Assembly: GCF_963921235.1 (NCBI RefSeq)
Contig: NC_086097.1
Coordinates: 237,276,001 to 237,340,000, forward strand
Source of the DNA: Mobula hypostoma
Lineage: Eukaryota
Reading direction: 5' to 3'
DNA length: 64,000 bases
A model generated the notes under the pieces. It saw nothing but the letters and a program-made list of their open reading frames with translations. It did not search any database and was not told the origin of the DNA. Below, in pieces: positions 12,435-25,235 of the stretch. Both the position numbers and the translations under genes were made by a program. Every line of letters begins with the position of its first letter. Position 1 is the first letter of the stretch.

Positions 12435-12810
12435 AGCGCATTTCTCTTTCTCCCGTGGTCCACTCTCGTCTTCTATCAGATTCTTCAACTTCAGCCCTTT
12501 TACATTTTCCACCGATCACCTCCCAGCTTCTCAATTCCACCTACCCACCTTCCCCTCACCTGCCAGTTTGTACTCTTTACCTTCTGCCCCTTTTTCTCAT
12601 TCTGGTTTTTCCCCCCCAGCTGGCACCCGATTATCTGGCAACACTTGCAGGCTGCCCCCAGCACATGCCTAAGTTGCTGACGCAATCGATACATTTCTCT
12701 GTAAGTTTCAAGACCGTATAAAAAACGAATCGGAATCTTCCCTCTTTCTTTCCAGTCCTGATAAAGGGTCTCGGCCCTGCTGAGTTCCTCCAGCTTTGTG
12801 TGTGTGTTCC
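12435..12810 (+). mobile_element. Decayed Penelope 3' terminal repeat with a SINE-tail insert
   Basis: Pyrimidine-rich PLE UTR, ccagtcctgataaagggtctcggcc and ctgctgagttcctccagc end motif. Confidence 0.6.
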
Positions 12811-13064
12811 TATGATAATAGCTAGTGTTAGATCAAGGAGATAGCTACAACTTTAGCTCATGTTACCTTGGTCATTACTTTAAAACTAAGCGCTTCGAAC
12901 CACAAAGATACTGCAATCAGGGAAAGTAGCTGGGTCATTTACAAGTCATATCTCAATGGATCATCACAAGGTTGACTTCCAGGATGGTTATGAATATACA
13001 CTTCCTTCTGCTTGCAACATGGAGAGATGGTGAGAATAAAAAAATAGGGAGGGGCCACTTCACA

Positions 13065-13465
13065 GGATTGGAGAAGGCCGTAGAGGGTTGTAAACTCAGC
13101 CAGCTTCATCACGGGCCACTAACCACCACACCATCAAGGACATCTTCCAAAGACATTGCCTCAGAAATGTGGCATCCATCATTAAGGAAACCCACCACGC
13201 AGGGCATGCCCTCTTCTCATTGCTACCATTAGGAAGGAGGCACAGGAGCCTCCAAAAATAGTTTCTCCCCCTCCAACATCATGGACAATGACTCCATGAA
13301 CACAACCTTACGTTATTTTTGCTCTTTTTTGGCATTTTTAAAAAATATTTTTTGTCAGAATTTACAATATATTTTATATATTGCACTCTGCTGCTGCTAC
13401 AAAGTAACAAATTTTATGATGTATGTCAATAATAATAAACCTGATTCTGATTTTGATTCTGAATA
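13065..13465 (+). mobile_element. Rex1-type LINE 3' end fragment
   Basis: gcatccatcattaagga...ccctcttctcattgctacc...aataaacctgattctgatt; same family at about 14860-15260 and 36150-36635 (minus). Confidence 0.65.
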
Positions 13466-15974
13466 TCCTCATATCAGATATTACTTCAGTTTATTAAAAT
13501 CTCTGAACGATGTGAAGGCATTTCACCAAAGAATTAATAATTTAGGTCTGTTGTAATAGATTAAAGATGCCCTACTACTACTGCACAGCTGACAGGTATT
13601 CAAATATCAGGCAGTTGTAAGTATGGGACGAAACTGAAGCTAGTGTAGCCGGGTGACCGTCGGATCTTATTCAATATCGTTAAAAGTGTACTTAGGCATC
13701 CATCCGGGTAATGCTAGAATAGTTGTGCCTTTAAGGGAGACGGTGATGTCATTACGCATGCACGGGATAGTGGGGAGACCATTTTGTTTCTGCTGAAGAC
13801 GCTGTTGGGGCGTTGGAATTGAGTTCCTCCCCGAGACTGGGCATGGCGAGGAAAGGTGAGCATTAATCGACGATATCCATGTGAATTCGTTTAAGCATGT
13901 TGGCGAATCGGGAATTTCGGTAATTTGACATGTTTTACATGTGGATGCTTTAGATTTCCACGAGTGAAGGCATCGACGCTGGGTAGCGAGCCTTGTGCAA
14001 AGTTCCTCACCAGCCAAGTAGGTCAGTCTCCCTGTAATTTAATTACCAGGCAATAAAGGAGAATAAAGATTCAATGTTTCAGTTCTCAGCCCAAAACGTT
14101 GACTATTTATTCCTCAGCATCAGAATCAGAATTAGGTTTAATATCACCGGCATAATTAATTAGTGAAAAATTAGAAGTTAAAAATTAGTGTTCATGGGTT
14201 CAATGTCCATTCAGAAATCAGATGGCAGAGGGGAAGAAGCTGTTCCTGAATGCTCGAGTGTGTGCTCTCCATAGATGTTGCCTGAAATGCTGAGTTCCTC
14301 CAATATTTTGTGTATGTTGAACAAAATTTCCACTATCTGCAGAATCTCTTGCATCTTGGAGAAGTTTGTGTCAAGACTCATCGTGCGCTGCTGTACTCTG
14401 CAAAATCTCACTATCATAGCAGCGACAGCCCCACTATCAGGTAAGCAATGAGTAGCTGGGAAGAACAAGCTGGAGCAGGAAGGGAAAAAAAGAGTCAGGG
14501 AGGAAGAGGAGTACACAGAAAATGCTAGAAGAACTCAGTAAGTAAGGCAGCATCAAAGGAGGGAGTAAAGCGTTGACGTTTCAAACCAAGACCATACATT
14601 GGGAGGAAAAAAAGAGGAAACCTGGTTTTCACCATCCTATTGAAATTATTCATGTAGAATACCGTTGAAAGTAATAGCAACTCTGAAAACACATTAATCT
14701 CCCATTCACCCAATTATTTTCCTGCATCGCTGACCACCAGTATAACACAAATGTCAATACATAGTAAGCATTCCAAACCAAATTCATAATCAAACCATGC
14801 ACTGAGACATGAAATAATCTCTTGTACATTCCCATAATACATGATTTTCATACGCCTTTGCCTTCAAGTCTTAGTTAGTTCCATCATTGGCACCAGCCTC
14901 CATGGGATCCAGGACATTTTTGAGGAGCGATGCCTCAAAAAGAAAGCGTCCATCATTAAGGACCCCCATCACCCAGGTCCCAGGTCATGCCTTGTTACCA
15001 TCAGGAAACCTGAAGGCACACACTCAACAATTCAGGGAAGCTTCTTCCCCCTTGCCATCCAATTTCTGAATGGACACCGAACCCATGAACACTACCGCAC
15101 TACTTTTTTATTTCCATTTTTGCACTACTTAACTAATTTGACAAATATATATATATTATAATTCATGTTTTTCTATTATTATGTATTGTATTGTACTAGT
15201 ACCGGAAAGTCAACAAATGTATAGTTATATTCCAGTGAGATTAAACCAGATTCTGATTCACTAGTATTTCTGATTGATATTGCCCTGTAGCTGCAGCTTG
15301 ACTAGTGAAACTAGATTGCCTTTCCAGTGGATATCAAAGCAGGCCTGGGCTTTGCAGAATCCTGCATCGGAACTTGTCCCTTACACCGGCTGCAGACTAC
15401 TTGTGACTCATCCTGCACTGTCCTCACAGTTATAACCAGTGTCACCACTGAACTAGTGACTGTAGGACTATCAGATATCGGAGCAGAATTAGGCCATTCA
15501 GCTGAACGCAAGTTTGTCCAGTAAATTTATTCTGAGTGATCTCAATTCTAACAAAGGAATAGGTAAATCTTCCGCAAAATGCTCATGCTGGAAGAGGTTC
15601 TCTGAGAGAAATGACTAAGCTGCCCAAGTCATTCTTGTGTTATGGGTTAAAGACAAGAAGCAACTTACATCACAATTTTATCACAATATCATAGAAAAAT
15701 AAGTTTAAAAATCGATTATCAAGAATAAAAATTGGAAATCATTAATTAAATCATCATTGATCAAACTTTTAAAATAGTACATACATCACAAAGAGATTGT
15801 ATTTGTATAATTCATATGTTCTTCTGTATATAACATTAATTAAATACAAGTAGACAAGAATATTTATGCATATCTACTTATATTTTTACACGTGATTGCA
15901 TGGCTGTCACTGTTAAATTGCAGCTTAGCTTTGAGCAAATGTGAAGATTACAATCTAAATAAGTATCTAATCTA

Positions 15975-16280
15975 ATGGGGAGAAGAATGGGGAGTGGGGC
16001 TGAGGAGAGGAAAAAAGGATCAGTCATGAGTGCGAAGAAATTTTTTTAGCCAGAGAGTGGTGAATCTGTGGAATTTGTTGCCACGGGCGGCAGTAGAGGT
16101 CTAGTCATTGTGTGTATTTAAGCAGAGATTGATAGGTATCTGAGTAGCCAGGGCATCAAAGGTTATGGTGAGAAGGCGGGGGAGTGGGAAGAAATGGGAG
16201 ACTGGATCAGCTCATGATTAAATGGCGGAGCAGACTCAATGGGCCAAATGGCCGACTTCTGCTCCTTTGTCTTATGGTCT
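15975..16280 (+). mobile_element. CR1 3' end fragment
   Basis: ttttagccagagagtggtgaatctgtggaat...gctcctttgtcttatggtct; closely similar to the minus copy at 63497-63828. Confidence 0.8.
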
Positions 16281-16888
16281 AATATTATCTCAACATATAA
16301 TTAAAAAACAGAAATTGAATTCTGTAAATTTTAACTACAGGTAGGTTAGCCAATTTAATTCATCCATCAGAGTGCCTTGTTGGCTGGAATATCAGAAATT
16401 TTACTCTCCTCCCATTTAGATGCAGAAATGCAACTTTGGGCTACAAACTACAGTTTGACTCGACAATTTAATAATAGCTTTACATCGACTGAAAAACCAA
16501 ACTGATTCTTCAATGACTGAAAAACAATGTTTTAAACACTTATGTTGAATGCTTTTTATTGGCCAACAGATGTTATTTTACAGAAAAAGCAGAAAGTACT
16601 GGAAATACTTATCAGGAGGCACGGGAGCCTGAAGGCACAATCAACATTTTAGGAACAGTTTCATTCCCTCTGTCATTCCCTCTGAATGGACAATGATCCC
16701 ATGAACATTACCTCACAATTTTTGCTCTCTTTTTGCACTATTTTGCACTATTTACTTATTTATATAAATATTTCTTCAGTATATTTCCCTAAGTTCTTAT
16801 GTTCAAGTTGAATTATCATTCAAACATACAGCCAAACAAAAGTGTTCTTACAGGACCAAGGTGCAAAACATATACAGCAAGAGGCACC

Positions 16889-16924
<36 letters not shown>

Positions 16925-16926
<2 letters not shown>

Positions 16927-17255
16927 AGGGGCGATTGATAAGTTAGTGGCCTAATGTAGAAGGAGATGAGTTATACAGTTCTTGTTACATGCACGTGCAG
17001 TTCAACTCTTTGAGTGAAAATGCAGAAAGTTTGAAGTTAGTAACTCATCTCTTTCTAGCTTAGGCCACAAACTTATCAATCACCCCTGCTGTGGACCACT
17101 TCTGGAGGTCCAAGACGCCGACTTCTACAAAGAAGGGATCCATCCGTATGCTCCACGACCGCTGGACTAAGTGTGTAAATGTAGGAAAAATAAATGTGCT
17201 AGGTTTTCTAAAATTGACTCCGTCTACCCTAGGCTACGAACTTTTCAATCACTCC

Positions 17256-17256
<1 letters not shown>
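16925..17256 (+). mobile_element. Mariner-type non-autonomous element flanked by (CA)n and (TG)n
   Basis: Left TIR gaggggcgattgataagttagtggcctaa; right TIR taggctacgaacttttcaatcactccg; internal transposase C-terminal remnant FLEVQDADFYKEGI / RMLHDRWTKCVNVG. Confidence 0.75.
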
Positions 17257-17288
<32 letters not shown>

Positions 17289-19080
17289 AACCAAGTCTCC
17301 AGGTGATACGTTCCACAAATTGATGGTGCAGTTCCTGACAGTCCACAGACCAACATGCTCACGCAATCCGACTTGTCATTTCTTATTGCAACTTGGAGTA
17401 CATTTTATGCATTGATTTTTACTGCAAAAAACTTCACGACATGTCAGTAATAATAAATCTGATTCTGATTCTAATTCAGTCAGTGACACCTATACAAAGT
17501 GAAACAGAGTTTATGTAACAGACGGTTGACCTTTCATCCATTCTAAAGAGAGATCGAAGACCCAAAACTTCAACCCTGCTTCTCACTCCACAAATGTCTC
17601 CTGACTAGCCAAGCTTTCAACAGTTTCTGTTTTATTTTCAGATTCTCAAAGTCGGCAGATTTCTGAGTTTACATAACTTTACATTGAATTCTACATCTTA
17701 TCTGTTTTAATTGCCCAATGCCAGATTGCGCGTATTTTCATTTTTGAAAATCCAGAATTTCCATTCCCCCAGTAGACTCAATCACAAGCTGCTCTAAAAA
17801 GCCATCTCGTAGGGATTCTACAAATCACCTCTCCTGAAATTCAGTACGAACCAGATTTTCTCGACCTACCTGGCATATTGAAATCCCCATTGATTATCAC
17901 AATATTTCCCTTTTTACATCCCTTTTCTAACTCCTTTTGTAATTTGCATCCCACATCCTGCTACTGTTCGTGGGCCTGTATATAACTCCCATCAGACTTT
18001 TTACCCTTGCAGTTTCTTAGCTCTATCCGCAAGGATTCTACATCTCCCAATACTATGTCACCTCTTTCCAAGGATTTGATTTCATTTCTTTACCAATAGA
18101 GCCACACCATCCTGTTACGAGATGCTCCCAACCACATCAGGTTATGGGATTTAGACTCTCTAACTGTCTTGAGTAGGGATAGCTGGCACGGCCCCTTTAA
18201 GAGTTCGGGACGGTTCCGCTAACTGGCAATCCTGTACTGCGCACCAAGAATTGAGTATTTAAAGAGCACCTGAACGGAGCCTCAGTGCTCAATCAATAAC
18301 CCCGACTAGTGATATCCTCTAGCATTGTTTATGCTCAGTTCTCAATCTAGTTTGATACCGTGTCTCGATCGTAGCCTCAGATCCTCCAACATTTGGGTCC
18401 AAGCCGTCCTCGTCAAGGAATCTCGTCACAGTGTGATTGAGTCAACATAGATCCAGCAGGGTATCAGAGTCCCTTGCTGCTGTAGCCAGCCACATCAACA
18501 GGATTTCCAGATGGAACCTGGAGGCACACGACCTCCAGGCTGCCGTGTACCAGGACACCAGAGCTGCTCAGGTGAGGCTGTCACTTGCTCTGTGGGGCCA
18601 GTACATCTGCTGATCCCAGAGACTTGATGGAGATGTGGATTCTTGCCGCAGCTTCCTCACTCAATGCTCGTTGATGTTTGAACTCCAGCCTGACTGGATC
18701 CCTTTGGAATGTGGAGAAGTGGCCTTCATTATCTCACTCCTGATTGGAAGAGCCCTGGCCTGGGTCACCGCGCTTTGGGAATGCAGGTCAGAGATTTGCT
18801 CTGATTTAGAGGAATTCATGGCTGCCACGAGGAAGGAGTTTCACCACCACACTGCTGACAGCCGAACCTCTGACCATCTGAGCTAGACCAACAGAGTGCA
18901 TACAATCTGGTCTGTATAAGGGAAGGGAATGAGTGGAAGATTGCATTCAATACACCAACGGGACACTACGAGTACTGATCCTTCAGTCTTGTGAACGCTC
19001 CCGCAGTTTTTCAGACCTTTAGGAACAACATGCTTTGGAATATTCTCTGTAAGAATGGCTTTATCTACTTGGATGATATC

Positions 19081-22000
19081 ATGTGCGCATGCGCCGGTCG
19101 TGCATGCAGCTGGTTACAGTTGCTCCGCAGTTTCTTACTTTTAAACTTTTTAACTTAGTTATTTGTTGTATCTTTTTTCTCACGGTAACACGTTGAAGCT
19201 GCACCCTCTCTAACGTGCTGGTGGAGAGAGTTTTACTTGTTTTTTTAGCGCTGGAATTAGTTACATTCGGACACGTCTCGTTAGCGTGGCAGCAGGATGG
19301 CCGCATTGTGTATTCCAGGGAACAATTGATTACGCTCATGCCCGCCGGTTTAGCAAACAGAGCCGTGGACATACCGGCTGAAATCTGGAGGAAAACACAC
19401 AGAAGATGCAGAGGGGGATCAAAAAGGCGACGGAAGAGGACCAGGTCGAGACAACAGAGGCTTATGGAGAAGAGAAGTTATAAGCCGTGTCTCCCCTCTC
19501 TCATCATGGGAAATGTGAGATTGCTGGGGAATAAAATCGACGAACTGACTGTGCTTGTCAGGAGTCAGAGAACATTTCGGGAGAGTAATGTCATGTGCTT
19601 CACTGAGACGTGGCTGCACGAGGACATACCCGATCAAAGTGTTTCCATAGAGGGCTTCCAGACCGTTCGAGCTGACCGGAATTGTACTGACAGCAGTAAA
19701 CGCAAAGGATGGGGGCTGGCGGTTCTGGTAAATAACAGATGGTGCAATCCTGGGCATATTACGATTAAGGAACGGGTCTGTAGCCTGGATATTGAACTTT
19801 CTGCTGTTGGACTCCGGCCATATTATTTGCCAAGGGAAATCTCGCATGCAATTGTGGTTGTTGTGTACATCCCTCCCTCTGCCAACCCGACATCGGCGTG
19901 CAACATCATTTACACCGTCACAGCCAGATTACAAATCCAGCACCCGAGTGCCCTCATTACCATCTCGGGTGACTTCAACCATGTTACCATGGCTAGAAGA
20001 CTGCCCAACTTCACGCAGTATGTGAGCTGTACAACCAGAGGGGAGAGGACTCTGGATTTGATGTACGCTAACGTTAAGGATGTGTACAGCTCCTCTCCCC
20101 TCCCCCCACTGGGAAGGTCAGATCACGACCTGGTGCATCTCAAACCTTGCTACGTGCCTCTGGTGAAGAGTAAACCTGCAACCTCGAGGACAGTGAGGAA
20201 ATGATCGGAGGAGGCTTATGAGGTGCTCCAGGGTTGTTTTGAGGTGACAGACTGGCAGGCACTCTGTGAGCCACATGGAGAGGATATTGATGGGCTCACA
20301 GAATGCATCACCGATTACATTAACTTCTGTGTGGACTGCAATGTTCCGACAAGAGCTGTCCTTTGTTATTCAAATAACAAGCCATGGGTGACAAAGGACA
20401 TTAAGGACATCCTGAATGCTAAAAAGAGGGCGTTTAGAGTGAAGCCAGGATCAGGGCAGCTAAAGACAGGTACAGGAGGAAGCTTGAGTGGAAACTTCAG
20501 CAGATCAACATGAGAGAGGTCTAGAGGAGGATGAGGACCATCACTGGGTTCCGGCAAACTAGCAACAGAGGAGCGGAAGGCAGTGTGGACAGGGCCAATG
20601 AACTTAACCTGTTCTTTAACAAATTTGACAGTGTGGCCCCTGTCCATCCTACACATGAGCATCAGTTGTCGGCCCCCAACCAACACATATTCCACTCTCC
20701 CCTCCTACCCCTCCTCACAGTCCCCCACCCTGCTCTCATGACTACCCCTTTCCCACATGAAACCACCACGGTGGGCTTCACAGCTGTACAGGTGAGAAGA
20801 CAGTTGAAACGTCTCAACCCAAGCAAGGCTGCAGGACCGGATGGTGTCAGTACCAGGGTGCTCAAAGCCTGTGCCCCTCAGCTATGTGGAGTACTTTGCC
20901 ATGTACTCAACCTGAGCCCGAGGCTCCGGAGGGTTCCTGTACTGTGGAAGACTTCCTGCCTCGTCCCTGTGCTGAAGACGCCGCGCCCCAGCGGCCTCAA
21001 TGACTACAGACCGGTGGCATTGACCTCCCACATCATGAAGACCCTGGAGACACTTGTTCTGGAGCTGCTCCAGCCTATGGTCAGGCCACACTTAGATCCC
21101 CTCCAGTTCGCCTACCAGTAGCGACTAGGAGTTAAGGATGCCATCGTCTACCTGCTGAATCGTGTCTACGCCCACCTGGACAAGCCAGCGAGCCCTGTGA
21201 GGGTCATGTTTTTTGACTTCTCCAGTGCGTTCAACACCATCCGCCCTGCTCTGCTGGGGGAGAAGCTGACAGCGATGCAGATGGATGCTTCCCTGGTATC
21301 ATGGAATCTTGATTACCTGACTGGCAGACCACAGTACGTGTGCTTGCAACATTGTGTGTCTGACAGAGTGATCAGCAGCACTGGGGCTCCACAGGGGACT
21401 GTCTTGTCTCCCTTTCTCTTCACCATTTACACATCGGATTTCAACTACTGCACAGAGTCTTGTCATCTTCAGAAGTTTTTGGATGACTCTGCCATAGTTG
21501 GATGCATCAGCAAGGGAGATGAGGCTGAGTACAGGGCTACGGTAGGAAACTTTGTCACATGGTGTGAGCAGAATTATCTGCAGCTTAATGTGAAAAAGAC
21601 TAAGGAGCTGGTGGTAGACCTGAGGAGGGCTAAGGCACCGGTGACCCCTGTTTCCATCCAGGGGGTCAGTGTGGACATGGTGGAGGATTACAAATACCTG
21701 GGGATACGAATTGACAATAAACTGGACCGGTCAAAGAACACTGAGGTTGTCTACAAGAAGGGTCAGAGCCGTCTCTATTTCCTGAGGAGACTAAGGTCCT
21801 TTAACATCTGCCGGACGATGCTGAGGATGTTCTACGAGTCTGTGGTGGCCAGTGTTATCATGTTTGCTGTTGTGTGCTGGGGCAGCAGGCTGAGGGTGGC
21901 AGACACCAACAGAATCAACGAACTCATCCGTAAGGCCAGTGATGTTGTGGGGATGGAACTGGACTCTCTGACGGTGGTGTCTGAAACGAGGATGCTGTCT

Positions 22001-22342
22001 AAGTTGCATGCCACCTTGGTCAACGTCTCCCATCCACTGCATAATGTACTGGTTGGGCACAGGAATACATTCAGCCAGAGACTCATTCCACTGAGATGCA
22101 GCACTGAGCGTCATAGGAAGTCATTCCTGTCTGTGGCCATCAAACTTTACAACTCCTCCCTTGGAGGATCAGACATCCTGAGCCAATAGGCTGGTCCTGG
22201 ACTTATTTCATAATTTACTGGCATAATTTACATATTACTATTTAACTATTTATGGTTCTATTACTATATATTATTTATGGATCAACTGTAATGAAAACCA
22301 ATTTCCCCTGGGATTAATAAAGTATGACTATGACTATGACTA
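19081..22342 (+). mobile_element. Near full-length Rex1/Babar LINE (APE plus RT) with a few stops and a frameshift
   Basis: ORFs 19215-20204 (GNVR, TETWL, SGDFNH, LDLMY, SDHDLV), 20531-21121 (KAAGPDG, DYRPVALT, LQFAY) and 21197-22189 (DFSSAFNTI, GAPQGTVLSP, KFLDD); tail AATAAAG(TATGAC)n. Confidence 0.93.
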
Positions 22343-23074
22343 TTAATCTGCTCGAAGTCCATGGAGGAGCACGTCTCTCACATAAGGAACATTTTAAAGA
22401 GGCTTCTACACCATGAATGTCCAAGTTGGAGAAGTCCAAGTTTCACGTGACAACCATTTCATTTTTAGGTTTCATCATCTCTAATGGCAATCTCAGGATG
22501 GACCCTACCAAGACCCAGGCGGTCAGAAACTGGCCACAACCATCCAGTGTCAAAGACCAATACCACTTTCCACATCTCTAAACTAAAACCTCTCTGTACC
22601 AGTCCCTTAGCCCCACCACTATCAGACCCGCCACCACCCAGGTTTATCAACGGGGAAACGTCTTCACAGTGAAAAGACTTTCGGATCTGTGTACTATTAG
22701 GGCTGTTCGACAATACATCATAGACGTGGAAGATTTTGAAGCCGAAGAGAGGTGCTGAGTGCCCGAAAAAGACATCTTGGATCCATGACTATCACCACCG
22801 TCTCTCTGAGCAGCCAGGGCCATCAGGAGCTGACCACAGGGGACGGTGTCCTGTTATGAGACACTCTCAACTGCCATCTTCGGGGACTTAGACGCTCTAA
22901 CTCTCCGGAGTATGGATAGCTGGCACAGCCCCTTTGAGGATTCAAGATGGTCCAGCTAATTGGCAATCATGTTTTAGGCACCAAGAATTGAGTATTTAAA
23001 GAGCACTTGAACTTAGTGCTCAATCATAACCCCTACTAATGATATCATCCAGCGTTGTTTTGTGCTCTGTTCTT

Positions 23075-23560
23075 AGAAACATAGAAATCTACTGTACATT
23101 ACAGGCCCTTCAGCCCACAGAGTTGTGCCTACCATGTAACCTACTCTAGAAGCTGCCTGGAATTTCTCTACCACATAGCCCTCGATTTCTGTAAGCTCTG
23201 TGATCTGAGTCTCTTAAAAGACCCCATCACACTCTGTGTGAAAGACTTACCTCTGACATCCTCCTTCTACCTACTTCCAAGCTTTAAAACCATGCCCCCT
23301 CGTGTTAGCCATTTCAGCCCTAGGAAAAAGCCTCTGATTATCCACACAATCAATGCTTCTCATCATCTTATACACCTCTGTCAGGCCATCTCTCATCCTC
23401 TGTCGCTCCAAGGAGAAAAGGCCAAGTTCACTCAATCTATTCTCATAAAGCATGCTCTCAATCCAGACGACATCTTTGTAAATCTCCTCTGCACCCTCTA
23501 CAGTATCCACACCCTTCCTGTAGCGAGGTGACCAGAACTGAACCCAGTACTCCAAGTGGG
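23075..23560 (-). mobile_element. CR1 3' fragment inserted in the Gypsy 3' LTR
   Basis: HLEYWVQFWSPRYRK...ENRLSELGLFSLERQRMR; the LTR resumes at ctagtttgatacc (about 23563). Confidence 0.88.
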
Positions 23561-24454
23561 AGCTAGTTTGATACCATTTCTCAGTCCTTATTTCAGGTAC
23601 TCCAGCATTTGGGTCCAAACCATCTACATCAAGGACTCTCGTCACACACCTCCTCTGTCTACCTGCCTGTTCTTTCGATACAAGGTGTATCCTTGGATGT
23701 TAAGCTCTCGACTATGATCTTCTTTCAACCACCAGCATACCTACCAATCTCTCACTGCGCCACAAGGTCAGCTGTCTTATATTGTACACTGCATGCATTG
23801 AAACATAGCACCTTCACTCCTGTATTCAACACCCTTTATGATTCTGGCCCCCTGTTATACTTTAACTCATCCAACTGACTGCTATTCTGTCAATCATCTA
23901 CCTGTCCTTCCTCACAGTCTCACAACACACTACATCTCCTTGTATACTAGCCCTATCACTGATGTTCTCATCTCTATGCCAGATTAGTTTAAACCGTCCC
24001 CAACAGCTCTAGCAAACCTGCCACAAAAATACTGATCCCACTCGGGTTCAGGTGTAACCCATCCTTTTTTGTAGAGACCATACCATTACCCAGAAGAGAC
24101 CCCAGTGATCCAGAAATCTGAAACCCTGCCCCCTGCACCAATTCTTCAGCCACCTATTCATCTGCCAGATCATCCTATTATTAGCTTCATATTTACCACC
24201 AGCTGGAAGCTGACATGTAGACATATGCTATTAGAAATTGGATCATATGTAAGACACTGGCAAAATAAGTGATTGATTTCAATTCCACTTTCTCACAGAA
24301 GTAACCATGGTTGAATAAAGGATGCATGAGTTGTTTTACCTTTTAATTTGTATATCCACCGGGGTCCTGGAAAATATTGCATTCTATTCACATAATTTGC
24401 ATGATAACAAAGCTTAAAGTATTTTTGCTTTGTTAACTGTAATTTTCAAAAAGT

Positions 24455-25235
24455 ATATTGTTGTTGGCAGAATCACAGATGGTGTACAGAAGCGAAATAG
24501 ATCAGCTTGTTGAGTGGTGTTGTAACAGTAAGCTTGCACTCAACGTCAGCAGCACCAAAGAGGCGACTGCAGACTTCAGGGAGGAGAAGGCGGGAGAACA
24601 TGAAGAGTTAGTGGAGGAAATGGTGAGCATTTTCAAATTCCTTGGCATCAAAACCTCAGGGGATCTATCCTAGGGGGTAACACAATTGAAGCAATCACAG
24701 CGAAGGCACACCAGCAGCTGTACTTCATTAAGAGGCTGAGAAGGTTTAGTATATCATCAAACTCTAGCAAATTTCTACAGATGTACCGTGGAGAGCATCC
24801 TGACTGGTTACATCTCTGCCTGGTACAGAGGTGCCAATCCAGAGGATTACAAGAGGCTTCAGAGGGTTGTAGATTTAGCTAGTTTCTGTATAGGCACAAG
24901 TTTCCCCGTCGTCAAACAACATCTTCAAAAGGCAGTGCCTCAAGAAGGCAGTATCCATCATGAAAGATTCTCACCATCAGGGACATGCCCTCTTCTCGTT
25001 ACTGCCATGAAGAAGGAGGTACAGGAGACCGAAGACCCACACTCAATATTTTAGGAACAATTTCTTCCCCTCTGCAATCAGATTTCTGAACAGTCTATGA
25101 ATTTATGTAGACTACTTCGCTATTCCTCTTTTGCAGTACTTTTTTTATTTAAGTAACAGTAATTATTTTTATGTATTGCGCTGTACCGCTGCTGCCAAAC
25201 AACAAATTTCATGATTTATGTCAGTTATGTGAAGT
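24455..25235 (+). mobile_element. Degenerate Rex1-type LINE 3' fragment
   Basis: YRSEIDQLVEWCCNSKLALNVSSTKE...FKFLGI; ESILTGYISAWY...KRLQRVV. Confidence 0.75.

Larger units (their letters stand above)
18113..23646 (+). mobile_element. Internally deleted Gypsy chromovirus (sushi-like) LTR retrotransposon
   Basis: 5' LTR 18113-18430 (TGTTACGAGA...TCTCGTCACA); 3' LTR 22852-23646, interrupted by CR1; gag remnant SCRSFLTQCSLMFELQP...VAFIISLLIGRALAWVTALWE; RT remnant [25 protein letters not shown]...YLDDI then LICSKSMEEHV...FLGFIIS...MDPTKTQAVRNWPQP; GPY/F-chromodomain remnant TFHISKLKP...PPPPRFING...EERC*VPEKDILDP; purine-rich tract before the 3' LTR; degenerate TSD CATCC/CACCT. Confidence 0.88.
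17745..24185 (-). mobile_element. Old CR1 LINE endonuclease-region remnant (17745-18112 and 23647-24185), host of the Gypsy insertion
   Basis: Minus-strand MGDFNM endonuclease motif near 17880; ccaatagagccacac|...|ctcctctgtctacctgcctg is continuous once the LTR element is removed. Confidence 0.7.

Noticed and set aside
14340..14460. Plus-strand exon ending at CAG|gtaagc
   Set aside because: Isolated donor-like motif between TE fragments with no coding similarity or partner exons.
18635..18886. Domesticated gag gene (PEG10/RTL-like)
   Set aside because: Short, frameshifted, and inside a decayed element that still has both LTRs.
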